64,000 nucleotides of DNA. Origin: the human T2T-CHM13v2.0 reference genome, Homo sapiens. This document shows, in pieces, positions 13,670 through 28,145 of the stretch. The notes beneath the pieces are model-generated. The model was given only the letters and a program-made list of their open reading frames with translations. It was not told the DNA's origin and ran no database searches. Made by a program: the position numbers and the translations under genes. The DNA lies in NCBI RefSeq assembly GCF_009914755.1, contig NC_060933.1, one strand, 5' to 3'. How positions within the stretch are numbered: position 1 is the first letter of the stretch; each line of letters starts with the position of its first letter.

Positions 13670-14355
13670 TTTATTATTATGTATATTTAAGGTATACAGC
13701 ATCAGGTTTGATATACATATACAAATAAAATAACTACTGCAGGTAAGTAAATGAACCTATTCATCCCCTTCAATAGCTACCTTTTTATTTTCCTGGTAAG
13801 AGTACCTACAATCTACACATTTATCACATTTTCAATATAGAATAAAATATTATTTACTATAGTCTTCTTGCAGTGCATTAGACCTTTAGAATTATTCATC
13901 TTATGTTACTGCTAAGTTCTACCCTTTGACCTAGGTCTCTCCATTTTCTTCACCTCCCAGCCACTGGAAACCACCTTTCTATTCTCAGTTTCTAAGTATT
14001 CAACTTTTCTTTTTAGATTCCACATATATATGAGAGCATACAGTATCTTTCTGTTTCTGGTTTATTTCACTTAGCATAATGTTCTCCTGGTTCGTCCATC
14101 TTAGTGCAAGTAAAAGATTCTCCTTTTTTAAGGCTGAATAATATTGTATTGTATATGTGTGCATGTGTATGTTTGTGTATATACATATATGTCACAATTT
14201 TTAAATCCATTTATTTATTAATGGACACAGGTTGTTTCCATATCTTGGGAACTGTGAATAATGCTGCAATATACATGGGAGTACATATATCTCTATTAAG
14301 GTCCTGATTTCATTTCCTTTGGATATATACCCAGCAGAGGGACTACTGCGTCATA
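13670..14355 (-). mobile_element. L1MA-type 3' end (non-inverted part of an inverted L1)
   Basis: Antisense L1M 3'UTR and ORF2 end (gattccacatata, tttcacttagcataat, ggatatatacccag). Confidence 0.9.
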
Positions 14356-15512
14356 TTTAACCAAGGAAGTGAAAGATCTGTACACTGAAATCTATAAAAC
14401 ATTGAAGGAAATTGAAGAAAACACAAATAAATGGAAAGATATTTCATGCTCATGGATTGGAAGAATGAGTATTGTTAAAATGTCTATTCTACTCAAAGCA
14501 ATATACTGAATCAACTCAATTCCTAAAACAACCCAATGGCATTTTTCACAGAAATTAAAAAATAATTCTAAAATTCATATAGAAAAGCAAAAGACCCTGA
14601 ATAGCTAAAGCAATATTAAGAAAAGAAAACACAGGTGGGGCATTACACGTCCTGATTTCAAATTATATTACAAAGCTATATTAATCAAAACAGTTACTGG
14701 CAAAAAGACAAATAGATCAATGGAACTAAATAGAGAGCCTGGAAATAAACCCAAGCATATATGATCCACTAATTTTCAAGAAAGTCATTAAAGTGACACA
14801 ATGGGGAAAGAATAGTCTCTTCAATAAGTGATTTTTCCTGAAAAAAATGGGGTAGTTATATGCAAAATAATGAAATAGAACCCTTATCTTACACCATAAA
14901 CAAAAACCAACTCAAAATGAATTAAGAACTTAAACATAAGACCTGAAATAATAAAATACAGAAGAAAATAGGGAGAAAGGTTCTTGATGTTGGTCTTGGT
15001 AATTATTTTTTTGGATATTACATCAAAATCTCAGGCAACAGTAGGAAAAGTAAACAAGTGGGACTATGTCAGACTAAGAAACTTCTGCACAGCAAAGGAA
15101 ACAACCAATAAAATGAAAAGGCAGTCTATGGATTGAGAGCAAATCCTTTTTACCCATATATCTGATAAGGATTTAGCATCCAAAATATGTAAATTACTCA
15201 CAGAAATAAATAGTAATAAAAACAAATACTCCAATTTAAAAATGAGCCTGAATAGATATTTTTCCCAAAAAGACACAAATATGGCCAACAGGTATATGAA
15301 AGGGTGCTCCACATCACTAATCATCAGAGGAATGCAAATCAAAACCAAAACTAGGTACCATTTCATACCTGTTAGGATGAATATTATAAAGACAACAGGT
15401 AACAAGTGTTGCTGAGGAGTACAGAAGAAGTTAACCCTTATACACTGCTGGTGGAAATACAACTTGGTGCAACCATTATGAAAAACACTATGGAGGTTAC
15501 TCAAAAAATGAA
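14356..15512 (+). mobile_element. L1MA ORF2 segment (inverted part of the same element)
   Basis: Sense ORF2 from ttaaccaaggaagtgaaagat to ggaggttactcaaaaaat, ending close to where the antisense part begins on the consensus. Confidence 0.9.
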
Positions 15513-17029
15513 ATCATATTTTTAAACACCTTATTTTGACCTGGGTCCATTTCTTATCATGTGGCTTTGTAGACTACAGCTAATAGTTCCTTAAATAAAT
15601 GTACTACATATATTTGGCGATGGTCAGGAACCACATAGGTATTTTAATTAGATATGTGCTTGATGAAAAATCACTTTGGAATTTTCTAGTGGTAGGAAGA
15701 GGTAAAATTACATATGTGTATAGTATATACATATGCTGGCTGGGAATCTCCCAGCCTTTGGAGCCGTGGTTAAACTTAATGTGACTTGACATTTCACAAT
15801 CTTGTAGCAGTCCAGAGTTCTACCTTGTAAATTCTGTGAATTCTAGGAAATCATTTCTATTTTTCTCTGTCTTGGTGCTCTCGCATCAATAAGCATTTGC
15901 TGCCTCTATTCCACCACAAATCAATCTGGGTGTAGATTCCAGCCTTGTCACCAATTCTCTTAAATAAATTAATTTAATAATTTCATAGAAGGATTTTTTT
16001 TTTTTTGCCCTGGGCAAAGTGGTTTTGGATATGATTATATCACATAGCTTACAGTCTTCCCCATTTCACTAATTCAATCCTCAGTTTCATTTCTATTTTC
16101 CACTTTGAATTATTGCAGAAACAAGAAAATTCTTCCCCTCTTATACCAAAAACTACGGGGTCCTACTTTCTACCACACACTTAGATTGGGATCTCCCTTT
16201 CCACTACACTTGCTTACATAAATATATTCCTTTCCTAAAAGGAATTCAGTTGACTAAGATGCTCTCCATTTAATGAGATTCTCATGTTATATTTTCCTAC
16301 TTATATCTTTTATATATTTTTTTCTCTCTATTATTAAATGCTTATCAATGAAACCTCTGGACTTTCAAACATAATATACATTTATGAGAGTTTTGTTTGT
16401 ATTATTGTTATATTAGCCTAAATGAATACTTTTCAATAAATTAATTTATTAAAAATTATTTAATTCATTGAAATTATTCATTTAGGCGAACATAATAGTA
16501 ATACAAATAAAAATTTACATGTCTAAAACAGATAATATTATGAAAATATATCCAGTAATTGAGAATTTTTTCTCCTTAGATTTAGGCCTCTGACTTCCTT
16601 GACCAAAATAATGTAGGGGAAAAATGACAGCATGCCAAAAGCTTGATTTTTTATAAATAACTGAAGGCTCTTGTACCCATGTCTAATCTCATTATAAACA
16701 CGGATGCTCAAATACTTGTGAACAGTGAAGAGACACATCCTGAGCCAGATTTAGGCTTCAGTGAAATTTATTAAATACACCCTAATGTTTGAAAGTAGCG
16801 TTGGTTTACTTTTTAAGGGCTTGAATTAACCAAAAGTTGTCTTGAATTTTTCTGTTACAGAACCAAATCCAGTAAATAAGGTAGATTTAGTAAGTAATAT
16901 GGTTTTCATACAATGTCATTTGATCTTGAGTAATCAGCAAAAAGAAAAATATAGTTTCCTATTTGGCATTTTTAGTTGTAATATTTTTTGCTATTTATAT
17001 TGCTTATAATGCTAATTTAGAAATTTTTT

Positions 17030-18170
17030 AAAAATATCAAGTAATACATTCTCATTGTAAAATGAGAACTAAGAATTCTCCAGTGAGAACTGAGGATAAC
17101 TCTTCTCACTAAGGAGAATGGGGATTTTACCCTTTCCCCATCTTCTCCAAACAGAATCTCCATAAATAACAGGTGTTAAAAATCTGGTGTAGATTCTTCT
17201 AGTTATTTTTCCATATGTGCATATATAAAAACGAAACCTGGGAAAATACAATTCATATCTTGGACTTTATTAAGCATATACCTTGAATGTTGTTTTATTT
17301 ATCAAATTTTATTGGGTCTAAATACCATAATTTACATATTTATTTTCATATTGAAGGACGTTTCAGTTGTCTGAAATGTGTTGGTGATTTTCAGTGTACC
17401 TGCTACAAGGCATATCATGGTACAAACGCCTTTGTGTACATATATGCAAGAATTTCCATATGACTGAATCCTAGGAACAAGTTTGCTGTGTCAAAAATAA
17501 TGGCCATTTAAAAATTTGGTTGCTACCACATAATTGTGTTTAAAAAAAAAAAAAAAGAGGAGAAAGTGAAATTTACAATTTAGAATTGAATTTGCCAATT
17601 TAGAGGGTTTTTGTTTACCTGTGCCTCAGGGACCTATATGGTGATTTGAGGTACTACACACTCTGATTTTGTGTCTTTTAAAAATTTTGATGTTTTATCA
17701 TTGGATCTTATGCAATAATTTTTATTTTTACATTTTTTATTACAATGTAATTGATCTTGATTATTAAGGTATTACATTGATTATTATATATTATATTTAT
17801 TATTCGTGTTTCTTAGTTTTATTTGCTTTTGAGTTTTATAATAATATTGATAACATTCTATGTAGTCTTCTATGAGTAACTTCATATTTTTCAATACAAA
17901 TACGAATACACTAATACAATTAATCCATTTTATTGCTATAGCATTTCATTGTGTGAATAATATACCACAAATTATTTTTTCATTCTTAATGCCTAGCAAG
18001 CAGTTTTTCCCCAGGTTTTTTGCTATTATTGACAAGGCTTCTAATTATTAATGTGCATGTGCCTTTTGAAGATATGTAGCTAAGTAGACAATTTCTGAGT
18101 TATAGGGCAAATGTGCAAGAAAATTCAAATTTTTAAGATAAATTATTTTCCAATGTGACTGCACAATAAT
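17030..18170 (-). mobile_element. Old L1ME-type fragments with an embedded MER96B-like piece (~17660-17770)
   Basis: Degenerate antisense L1ME 3' motifs (aagtaatacattctcattg; tataccacaaatt; ttttgctattat). aaaattttgatgttttatcattggat resembles MER96B. Confidence 0.55.
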
Positions 18171-18181
18171 AAACATAAAGT

Positions 18182-19300
18182 CATAAAAACCCTAGAAGAA
18201 AACCTAGGCAATACCATTCAGGACATAGGCATGGGCAAGGACTTCATGTCTAAAACACCAAAAGCAATGGCAACAAAAGCCAAAATTGACAAATGGGATC
18301 TAATTAAACTAAAGAGCTTCTGCACAGCAGAGTGAACAGACAACCTACAGAACGGGAGAAAATTTTTGCAATCTACTCATCTGACAAAGGGCTAATATCC
18401 AGAATCTACAAAGAACTCAAACAAATTTACAAGAAAAAAACAAACAACCCCATCAAAAAGTGGGCGAAGGATATGAACAGACACTTCTCAAAAGAAGACA
18501 TTTATGCAGCCAAAAGACACATGAAAAAATGCTCATCATCAGTGGCCATCAGAGAAATGCAAATCAAAACCACAATGAGATACCATCTCACACCAGTTAG
18601 AATGGTGATCATTAAAAAGTCAGGAAACAACAGGTGCTGGAGAGGATGTGGAGAAATAGGAACACTTTTACACTGTTGGTGGGACTGTAAACTAGTTCAA
18701 CCATTGTGGAAGTCAGTGTGGCGATTCCTCAGGGATCTAGAACTAGAAATACCGTTTGACCCAGTGATCCCTTTACTTGGTATATACCCAAAGGATTATA
18801 AATCATGTTGCTATAAAGACATATGCACATGTATGTTTATTGCGGCATTATTCACAATAGCAAAGACTTGGAACCAACCTAAATGTCCAACAACGATAGA
18901 CTGGATTAAGAAAATGTGGCACATATACACCATGGAATACTACGCAGCCATAAAAAATGATGAATTCATGTCCTTTGTAGGGACATGGATGAAGCTGGAA
19001 ACCATCATTCTCAGCAAACTATCGCAAGGACAAAAAACCAAACACCGCCATGTTCTCACTCATAGGTGGGAATTGAACAATGAGAACACATGGACACAGG
19101 AAGGGGAACATCACACACCGGGGCCTGTTGTGGGGTGGGGGGAGGGGGGAGCGATAGCATTTGGAGATATACCTAATGTTAAATGACGAGTTACTGGGTG
19201 CAGCACACCAACATGGCACATGTATACATATGTAACTAACCTGCACGTTGTGCACATGTACCCTAAAACTTAAAGTATAATAATAATAAAAAAAAAGAAA
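18182..19300 (+). mobile_element. 5'-truncated young L1PA (L1PA3/PA4-like)
   Basis: Near-consensus ORF2 C-terminus (ORF 18332-19186, CCHC region [12 protein letters not shown]), 3'UTR G-tract, and cttaaagtataataataataaaa tail. Confidence 0.97.
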
Positions 19301-19352
19301 GCAATTGAATGTATTCTTTTATGGTTAGTATATTTATTTTGTCTAAGTCTAG

Positions 19353-19888
19353 CTGTAGCATATTGCATTTCCCAAAAATAAACACAAGTCCCATCCCAAA
19401 TACTCTTCTGTAATGTAGTCTCACCTCTCTTCCATCTAGAGGTGGAATATAATTCTCCTGTCCTGTAATCTAGGTTGGACTTAGTGGCTTTCTGAGCAGA
19501 AGTGACATTCTGAGACTTCTGTGGTTGGGACATAGGATGAGCTTCTTAAAATAGCTCTACTTCGGTTACTGCCTTTCAGATACTAGCCAGCAAGCAGGCT
19601 GTGAGAAGCCCAAGCTACAAAGAGAAACCATCTGTAGACATTCTGGGAGGGAAATAGCTTCAAATGAGCTCCCCAACAATACCAGACAGACTGCTATCCA
19701 TGTGAGTGAGCCATCTTGGATGTCCAGCTAAGTCAAGCTTTCAGACAACTCCATCCCATTAGCTATAATTACATAAAAGGCCTCAAGTGAGGACTACCCA
19801 ACTGTGAGAGATAATAATAATTTGCTACTTTAAATCACAAATTTTGGAGCAGTTTGTTATGTAGAAAAAGAGTATTAACTGAAATACA
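19353..19888 (+). mobile_element. MLT1 (MLT1H-like) solo LTR
   Basis: tgt...aataca termini; ccatctagaggtgga, gtgagaagcccaagc, gtgagtgagccatcttggatgtccagc. Confidence 0.85.
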
Positions 19889-21126
19889 AAAATATATTTG
19901 CTTTATATTCATCGAATAGTTAACATTAAAAAAATTATATCCCATTCCTTGATCCAGCTGTAGCTGTTTTTTTTTTTCACTTTTCTTTAAATATCTTTAT
20001 TTTTTAACTGACAAAAATTTGTGTATATTTCTCATGGAGCTGATTTTTGCGTATGATGAAATTACAGCCCCAATTCTATATCCTGATAAGGCTAACAACA
20101 CAAAACCAAGTTTTGTCCAAAACTATGTTTTACATAGTGGTTGTTTTCCAGATCCATTAACTTAATTTTGGGCTTGTGGCTTCATTGACTTTTAGGTTTG
20201 TACAAAAAAGTAAAAGAATAACTCATAGCAAATTTCATAAAATCTAATTTGTTATACATAAAACCTATGAGATTAGTCACTATTAGTTAAATAAATACAT
20301 TATTAAGGAAGCAGGGAATAAAAGTTAAATACAGGCTCATTAGGGTCAAATAAATTAGGTTTAAATCTCATGTTTGCAAATTTACTGAACTTTTTCATCT
20401 CTTTAAAGAAAGCAGTTAAACTCGTAATTCAGCATTTTCATGATAATAAAATAAAATAATCATTTAAGATTTCTTAGCATTAGAAACTGGCATAAATTAA
20501 ATTATCAGCAAGTGGCACCTCTCTTGACCCACAAAAGACAGAACAGAAACTTTCTGTAATATGTGGAGAAATATGTGGGATTTGAATCTATAGAGCTTAC
20601 CATCTCTGAAATGGAGCTTTGCATTTTCATGAAAGATTTAGGGTTAAAGAATATCTATCTTACTTTATGAGACTTAATGTGTTTCTAAATCATTTTTATA
20701 CACAATATGTAGGATTTTTCATTCACTTTTCAATTTTGTAAATTGCCAAACTAAACCTGTTCTTCTGAAAAAAAATGCTTCACCATAAAGAACAATAATC
20801 ATCCAAGAATATTGGGATGCATACTTTGAAAAGTTGTTTCCTGCTTTTCTATATTTGCAATAGTAAACAGCAAACCTTTACTTTTTTTGACAGTAGTTTG
20901 ATTTACCAATATGCCTAATCTGTTCTGGTACATAAGGATGTTTATGAAAAAAATGTTTTTTCTCAGGATCTCAGAATCTCATATTCTGTTATAGACAGCT
21001 TTGGTATGTATACTTAAAGGTTGGCTGAAGTATATTTCTTTAACTTCTTAATGTGAAATTTAAGCAACTACACTAGTTTAATAGACAAAATTTTTTAGCA
21101 TTTTTAGGTTTGTAGAAAAAATTGTC

Positions 21127-21520
21127 AAAATAGAATGTTTCCTTCACACGTGGAAACTAAAAATTAAAACAATTGAACTCATGGAGTTAGAGAGTAGAAC
21201 GCTGGTTATCAGAGGCTGGGAAGACAGTGGTAGGGAAGTAGGGATAGTTAATGGGTGCAAAAATATAATTAGATAGAATATATAAGATCTAGTATTTGAT
21301 AGCACAACAGTGTGACTATAGTCAACAGTAATTTATTGTACATTTTAAAACAACTAAGAGAGTAGAACTGAAATGTTCCTAAAACAAATTATAAATGCTC
21401 GAGTTAATGGACATCACAGTTACCCCAATGGGATCGTTACACATTATATGTCTGTATCAACAAATCACATGTACAACACAAATATATACCCATAGGTACC
21501 CAAATAATTTAAAATAAAAA
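21127..21520 (+). mobile_element. L1MA 3' end nested in the L1MC tail
   Basis: aattgaactcatggag..agagtagaa..tagcacaacagtgtgactatagtcaac..gtacccaaataatttaaaataaaaa. The host sequence resumes at agaaagtacagag. Confidence 0.88.
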
Positions 21521-24500
21521 CTTTTTTAGAAAGTACAGAGAATTTACAAATCTTCCTCATTTCCCCACTACAGTTTCCCCTATTATTAACATCTTGGATT
21601 AATGTGGTACATTTGTTACAATTAATAAGGCAATATTGATACATTATAATTAACGAAAGCTTATAGTTTACATTAGGATTTACTTTGTGTTGCACATTCT
21701 GTGGGTTTGGATAAATATGTAATGACATGTATCCTCCATTATAGTGTTAACACAGAATACTTGCACTGCATTAAAAATCGCTTGCTCCGCATTTTCATCC
21801 TTCCTTCCTGACAAACCATTGGCAACCATTGATCTCTTTACTGTCTCCATAGTTCTTCCTTTCCCAGAATGTCTTACAGTTGGAACTGTATACTCTTTTC
21901 ATATTGGCTTCTTTCACTTAAAAATATACATTTAATGTTCTACCAACTTTTTCATGGCTTATTAGCTCATTTATTTTTATCACTGAATAATATGTCATTG
22001 TGTAGCTGTACCAGTTTGTCTGTCCACTTGTTGAAAGACATCTTGGCTGCTTCCAAGTCTTGGCAATTCTGAATAAAGCTGCTATAAACATTCTTGTGTA
22101 GCTCTTTGTGTGAACGTAGATTTTTCATCTCATTTGGGTAAATAACAATGAGTGTAAATCCTGGATAATATGGTAAGAATATGTTTAGCTTTGTAAGAAA
22201 TTGCCAAACGCCAACACAAAGTGACTGTACCATTTTGAATTCCTATCAACAATGAATAAGAGTTCTTGTTGCTCCAAATCCTAGCCAGTATTTGCTATTG
22301 TCAGTGTTTTGGATTTTAGCCACTCTAATAGCTGTGTAATGGTATATCATTGTTGTTTCAATTTACAATTCCCTAATGACATATGATGCTGAATATTTTT
22401 TCATGTACATACTTGCCATCTGTATATCTTCTTTGAGGAAGTGTTTGTTCAGATCTTTTGCTCATTTACTAATTCAGTTGTTTGTTTTCTTATTGTTATT
22501 AGTTTTTTGTAAAATTGGGATACCGGGTCTTTATCAGATATGTGTTTTTGCAAAAATTTTCTCCCTATTTTTAACTTGTGCCTTCATTATCTTAGCAGTA
22601 TATTGCACAGATAAAAAGGTTTTAATTTTTGTGAAATCCATCATCAGTTTTTTCCTTCATAGATTGAGCTTTTGGCATTAAATCCAAAAAAATCATCAAC
22701 AAACCCAAATTTGTCTAGATTTTCTTCTATATTGTCTATATGAGTTCTATAGTTTGTGTTTTACATTTAGGTCTATGATCCATTTTCAGAAAACTTTTAT
22801 AAAATGTGTAAAGTCTATGTTTAGATTCCTTTTTATGTGGAAGTCCAGATGTTTCAGCACATTTGTTGAAAAGTTTGTCTTTTCCCCATCAAATTGCCTT
22901 CGCTCTACTGTTAATAATCACATGACTACATTTGAGTGAATCTAATTCTGGGCTCTCTATTCGGTTTTATTTATCTATTTACCTGTTCTTTAGCCAATAC
23001 TGTATCCTCCTGGCTACTGTAATGTCTTAAAGTAAAGTAATGTCAATCTTCTGATTTTGTTCTTGTCCTTCAATATTGTGTTGGCTATTATGGATCTTTT
23101 GCCTCTCTTTATGAGTTTTAGAAGTAATTGGCTGATACACATGAAATTAATACTGGGATTTTGATTAGGATTTCCTCAAATCTATAAAGTGGGAAAGAAC
23201 TGACATCATTAAAATATTGACACTTTCTATCTATGTGCATTGAACATCTCTCCACTTATTTAGATGTTTTAAAAAAATTGTTAGAATTTTGTAGTTTTTC
23301 TTATACAAAATATGTAATAATTTCTTAGATTTATACTTAAGTATTTTATATTTTTGGTGCTAATTTAAATGGTATTGTGTTTTTAATTCCAAATCCCAAT
23401 TGTTTACTGCTGTCATTTAAGAGAACGATTAACTTTTGTAAATTATCCATGTATCCTGCCGATTTGCTAGAATTACTTATGAGTTTCAAAAGTTTTTTGT
23501 TGTAAATTCTGAGATTTTTCAACATGAAAATTATGTCATCTATAAACAAAGACAATTTTATTGCTTCTTTTTAATCAGTATTCCATTTATTTCATTTTCT
23601 TGTCTTATTGTGTTAGCTAGGATGTCCAGCATGATGATGAAGAGGAGTGGTGAGAGGGCACATCTTTACCTTGTTCTTAATCTTAGTAGGAAGGCATCCA
23701 GTCTGTCCACTATTATGTATGATGTTAGTTGTAGGTCTGTTGTAGATATTCTTCATGAAGTTGAAAAAGTTCCTCTCTACTCCTAGTTTATAGAGCATTT
23801 TTAAAAATCATGAATGAGTGTTGAAATTTGTCAAATGCTTGTTCTGCATCTATTGGCATGCTCATATAATTTTCCTTCTTTAGTCTGTTGATGTGATGAA
23901 TTACATTATTTGATTTTTGAATGGTGAACTCCCTTTGAATACCTGCAATAAATCTCACTTAGTCATGGTATATAATTTTTATAAATTGTTGGATTCAACT
24001 TGTTGATATTTCGTTGAGAATTTTTGCGTCTATGTTCATGAGCAATAATTGCTTGTAGATTTTCTTTCTTGAAATATCTTTTTCAGGTTTAAGATAATGT
24101 TGACCACATGAAATGAGTTAGGAAGTATTCTTCCTGCTTTTGTTTTTGTTTGTTTGTTTTTTGATTTTTTTTTTTTTTTTTGGAAGAGTTTGCAGAGAAT
24201 TGGTATAATTTCTTTGTTAAATATTTGGTACAGTTCAACAATAAACTCAATCTGGGCCTGTTGTTTCGAAAGGTTTTAGAAGGCTGTTAATTTGTAATTC
24301 ATGTTTTAATAGATTTAAGACTACCAGATTTTTTATTTCTCCTTTTATGAGTTTTGGTGGATTGTGTCTTTTGCGAAAAGAACATAGAATTGTTCATAGT
24401 ACTCCTTTATTTCTGTTTTAATACTTACGGAATTAAAAGCGATGATGACTCATTTATTCCTGATATTGGTAATTTGCATCTTTTTTCTTGGTTAGTCTAG

Positions 24501-24982
24501 TTTATCAATATTTTTTAAAAATACTTTTTTAAAACTAGCTTTTGGTCATGTTTATTCTCATTGATTTACTGTTTTTATTGATTTCTGCTCTAACTTCTAT
24601 TACTTATTTCCTTCTGCTTGCTTTACACCTCTTTTTCTAGTTTCCTAAGGTGGAAACTTAGAATACTGATATTAGATTTTTCTTATTTTCTAAAATATCC
24701 ATTCTATAATACAAATTTCCCTCTAAGCACCAGTTTGACTGCATTACACAAATTTTGATGAGTTGTGTATTTGTTTTCAAATATTTTAAAATTTTATCTT
24801 GAAAATATGTTGTTCCATATATAATTTAGAAGTGTTTAATCTACAGGCATTTTCTTGTTTTCCAGCTATTTTTCTGGCTATAATTTTTAATTTAATTCTA
24901 TTGTGGTCTGAAAGCATAGTTTGTATGATTTCTATTCTTTTAAATGTGTTAAGGTGTGTTTGATGGCCCCAAATATGTTATA

Positions 24983-25115
24983 TTTGGTAAATGCTCTGGG
25001 TGAGTTTCAGAAGAATATGTAATATGTATGGTTTTTGGATAAAATATCTGTTTGGTAAATGCTCTGTGTGAGCTTCAGAAGAATATGTCATATGTATGGT
25101 TTTGGATAAAGTATC
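24983..25115. repeat. 68-bp tandem duplication inside L1
   Basis: tttggtaaatgctctg..cagaagaatatgt..atatgtatggtttt..ggataaa at 24983 and 25051. Confidence 0.95.
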
Positions 25116-28100
25116 CTATAAATGTTAATTAGGTCCAGTTGATTGATGGTGCTATTCAGTTCAACTATATCCTTACTTTTTCCTGCTTGCTAGATCTGTC
25201 AGTTATCAAAGAGGGATGTTAAAGTTTCCAACTGTAATAGTAAATTTGTCATATTCTCTTTGCAATTCTATAGTTTTTGCCTTACGTATTTTAATATTTT
25301 TGTGTTAGGTGTATGCACATTAATGATTGCTATATTTTCTTGAAGAATTTGGCCCTTAATGATTATATAATGCCCCATTTTTTTCTCTGATAATTTTTCT
25401 TGCTCCGAAGTCTGTACTTACTGAAATTAATATAGCTAATCTAGATTTCTTTTTATTTGTGTTAGTGTGGTATGTCTTTCTCCAACACTTTACTATCTGT
25501 CTCTTTTATTTAAAGTAGATTTTTTGTAGACAACATATAGTTGGTTCTTGTTTTTTGACTCACTTTGATAACCTCTCTTTTAATTGGTGTTTTTAGATGA
25601 TTGACATTTAAAGTGATTATTAGTATAGTTAGATTAACAAATAACCGTATTTGTTAGTGTTTCCAGTTCATTGCCTTTGTGGGGTTTTTTTGTTTGTTAG
25701 TTTGCCTGTGTGTTTTATACTTTTTTTCTGCCTTCTCTGGTTTTAACTAAGCATTTTCTATAATTCTATCTCCTTTGTTAGAGTATCTATTACGTTTCTT
25801 TTTTACTATTTTTAATGATTGCTCTAGAGTTTGCAGTACTGCAGTATAAATTTGCAACTAATTTAAACCAATTTTTAAATAACACTATACTACTTCATGG
25901 GTAATGAAAGCATCTTATAACATATTATCTCTAGTTTTTTCCCTTTCTTATTTCATAACTGCCATTTCACTTCACATATTCATAGCCAAAACCACTGAGT
26001 ATATGGTGCTATTATTATTTTGACAAAAATCTGTAATCTGTTAGATCAATTAAAACAAAAAAAAAAAAGAGTCTATTATACCTTCACTTATTCCTTCTCT
26101 GATGTTTTTCATTTCTTAACATAGATCTGAGATTCTGACCTATATCATTTTTTTCCCCCTCTGAAGAATTCTAACATTTCTTGCAAGGCAGGTCTATTGG
26201 AAACAAATGCCCCTAGTTGTTTTGTGAGAAGGTTTTTGTTTCTTTTTCACTTTTGAAGGATAATTTCACAGGATACAGAATTCTATGTTGGTAATTTCTT
26301 CTTTATTTTTCTTTGGACACTGTAAGTATTTCACTCTACCCTCTTCTTGCTTGCATGCTTTCTGAAAAATTGGATGGAGTGTTTACCTTTGCTTTTCTTT
26401 AGCTAAGCTCTTTATTTCTTCTGACTTCTTTAAACATTTTTTTATCTTTGATTTCCTATAGTTTGAAAATGATAGGCCTAACTGTAGACTTTTTATATTT
26501 ATCCTACTTGGTATTCTGTCATTCATTTCAGAAAATTCTCTGCCCTATGACTATGACTTCAAACATTTTCTCTATTTCTTTATCTCTTTCTTCTACTTCT
26601 GGTATTCCAATTACACATATAACTTTTGTGGTTGTCTCACAGTTTTGAAATATTTTGTTTTATCCTTTTTTTCTCTTTGCATTTCAGTTATCAAAGTTTC
26701 TATTGCATTTTCTCAAGCTTATTGATTCTTTCTTAGTCATATCCAGTCTATTGATGATTCCTTCAAATTTCTGATACAGCATCTTTTATTTCTAGCATTT
26801 TCTTTTGATTCTTTCTTGGGGTTTTTATTTATCTTCTTTCAGTTTCTGTATGTTCTTTCATATTGTTAGATTGTTTCTACTTTTTCCAATATCGCCCTTT
26901 GCATATTAATCAGAGTTGTTTTAAATTCCCATTCTGATAGTTCCAACATGGCTGCCGTACCTGAATCTCGTTCTGATGCTTAGTTTTTCCCTTCAAACAC
27001 TGTTCTTAAAAATATATATATATACATACATATATATATATATGCCTTGTAATTACTCGTTGAAAGCTGGCCATAAGCTAGCAAGTAAAAGAAACTTAGG
27101 TATATATGCCTTTAGTGTGAGTGTGTATGTTTATTCAGTTAGGAGTTACCTTGTATTTACTGTTTGCTCTAGGTGTGGTGTCAGGGCTAATTTTCTCTGA
27201 TGCTCTTGTTTTTGTCTTTTTTGTTGTAGTTTTCCCTAGTGACTCTTACATGATGTTTGACATTTTCAATTCCTTCATCTGTATTATCCTATTATCTTCT
27301 AGGAGCTCCATTGAGGTAATGATAGGGTGTTGGGGGAGAAAAAATGTTCTGTAAAATTATGATTAGGTCTCTTTCTTTTACCAAGCCTGTGTCCTTGGGC
27401 TGTGACCTTCACAAATGCTTCTCACTTTTACTTTCTTTTATTTTTCTATGAAGGTGAGGCCTTTTGGCCTCATCTAATTGGAGCTGGGCGTTTCCTTTTT
27501 GCCATGTAGAAGACGAGAGTGGGCAAGAGTTGTATATTTCCCTTCATACAGTTTGCTTAGGTTCTGGTAAAACACCAGTCATTTAGGCTCTGGTAAAATA
27601 GTTTCCCTTGTGGGCAGGTTTTGTTAAGGAGAACAGAATATTCTAAACATATTTTTAAATGGCTATTTTCCCTTTCCTCTGCTGGAAATACTAGGGGTTT
27701 GTTTTTTTCTTTTTCTGATTTTCACTGTGAGAACATGGTAGAGCTCCTAGAAGTAAGCTTCAGAAAAGTGTGGAGGCCTTCCTATGACTGAGTCTCCTTG
27801 GAGTTTTAACTCTTAAGCTTGTCTACCTTTATCTTCCAGCAATTCAATTACAAGTTTAAGTTTTCTTAACCCTGTGCTGGCTCCAGCAATGGTTTCTGCT
27901 CCTCAACCTTTACCCCAGTAAGCTATGATTCCCTTTAACTTCCTGTCTCTCTCTCTCCAATTTGAGGGGCAATAGATTGCTCTGTGAGCTCACATTTCTC
28001 TAAAGAATCCTAGAGGAATTGCTGATTTTCAGTTTGTTCAGCTTTTTTGTTGTTGTTGCAAAGATGGAAGTGAGGCCTTTTAAGGTCATTACATCCTTGA

Positions 28101-28145
28101 CTAGAAATTAGAATGCCACTAAACTATTTTTCAATCATTTGAAAA

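Larger units (their letters stand above)
21075..28120 (-). mobile_element. Near full-length old L1MC-type element (interrupted)
   Basis: Antisense L1MC 3'UTR (21530-21900), decayed ORF2 (to ~25600), and ORF1/5' region to ~28100. Confidence 0.85.

Noticed and set aside
18332-19186. 284-aa ORF as a gene
   Set aside because: It is the L1 ORF2 C-terminus of a 5'-truncated promoterless copy, with a GTG start.
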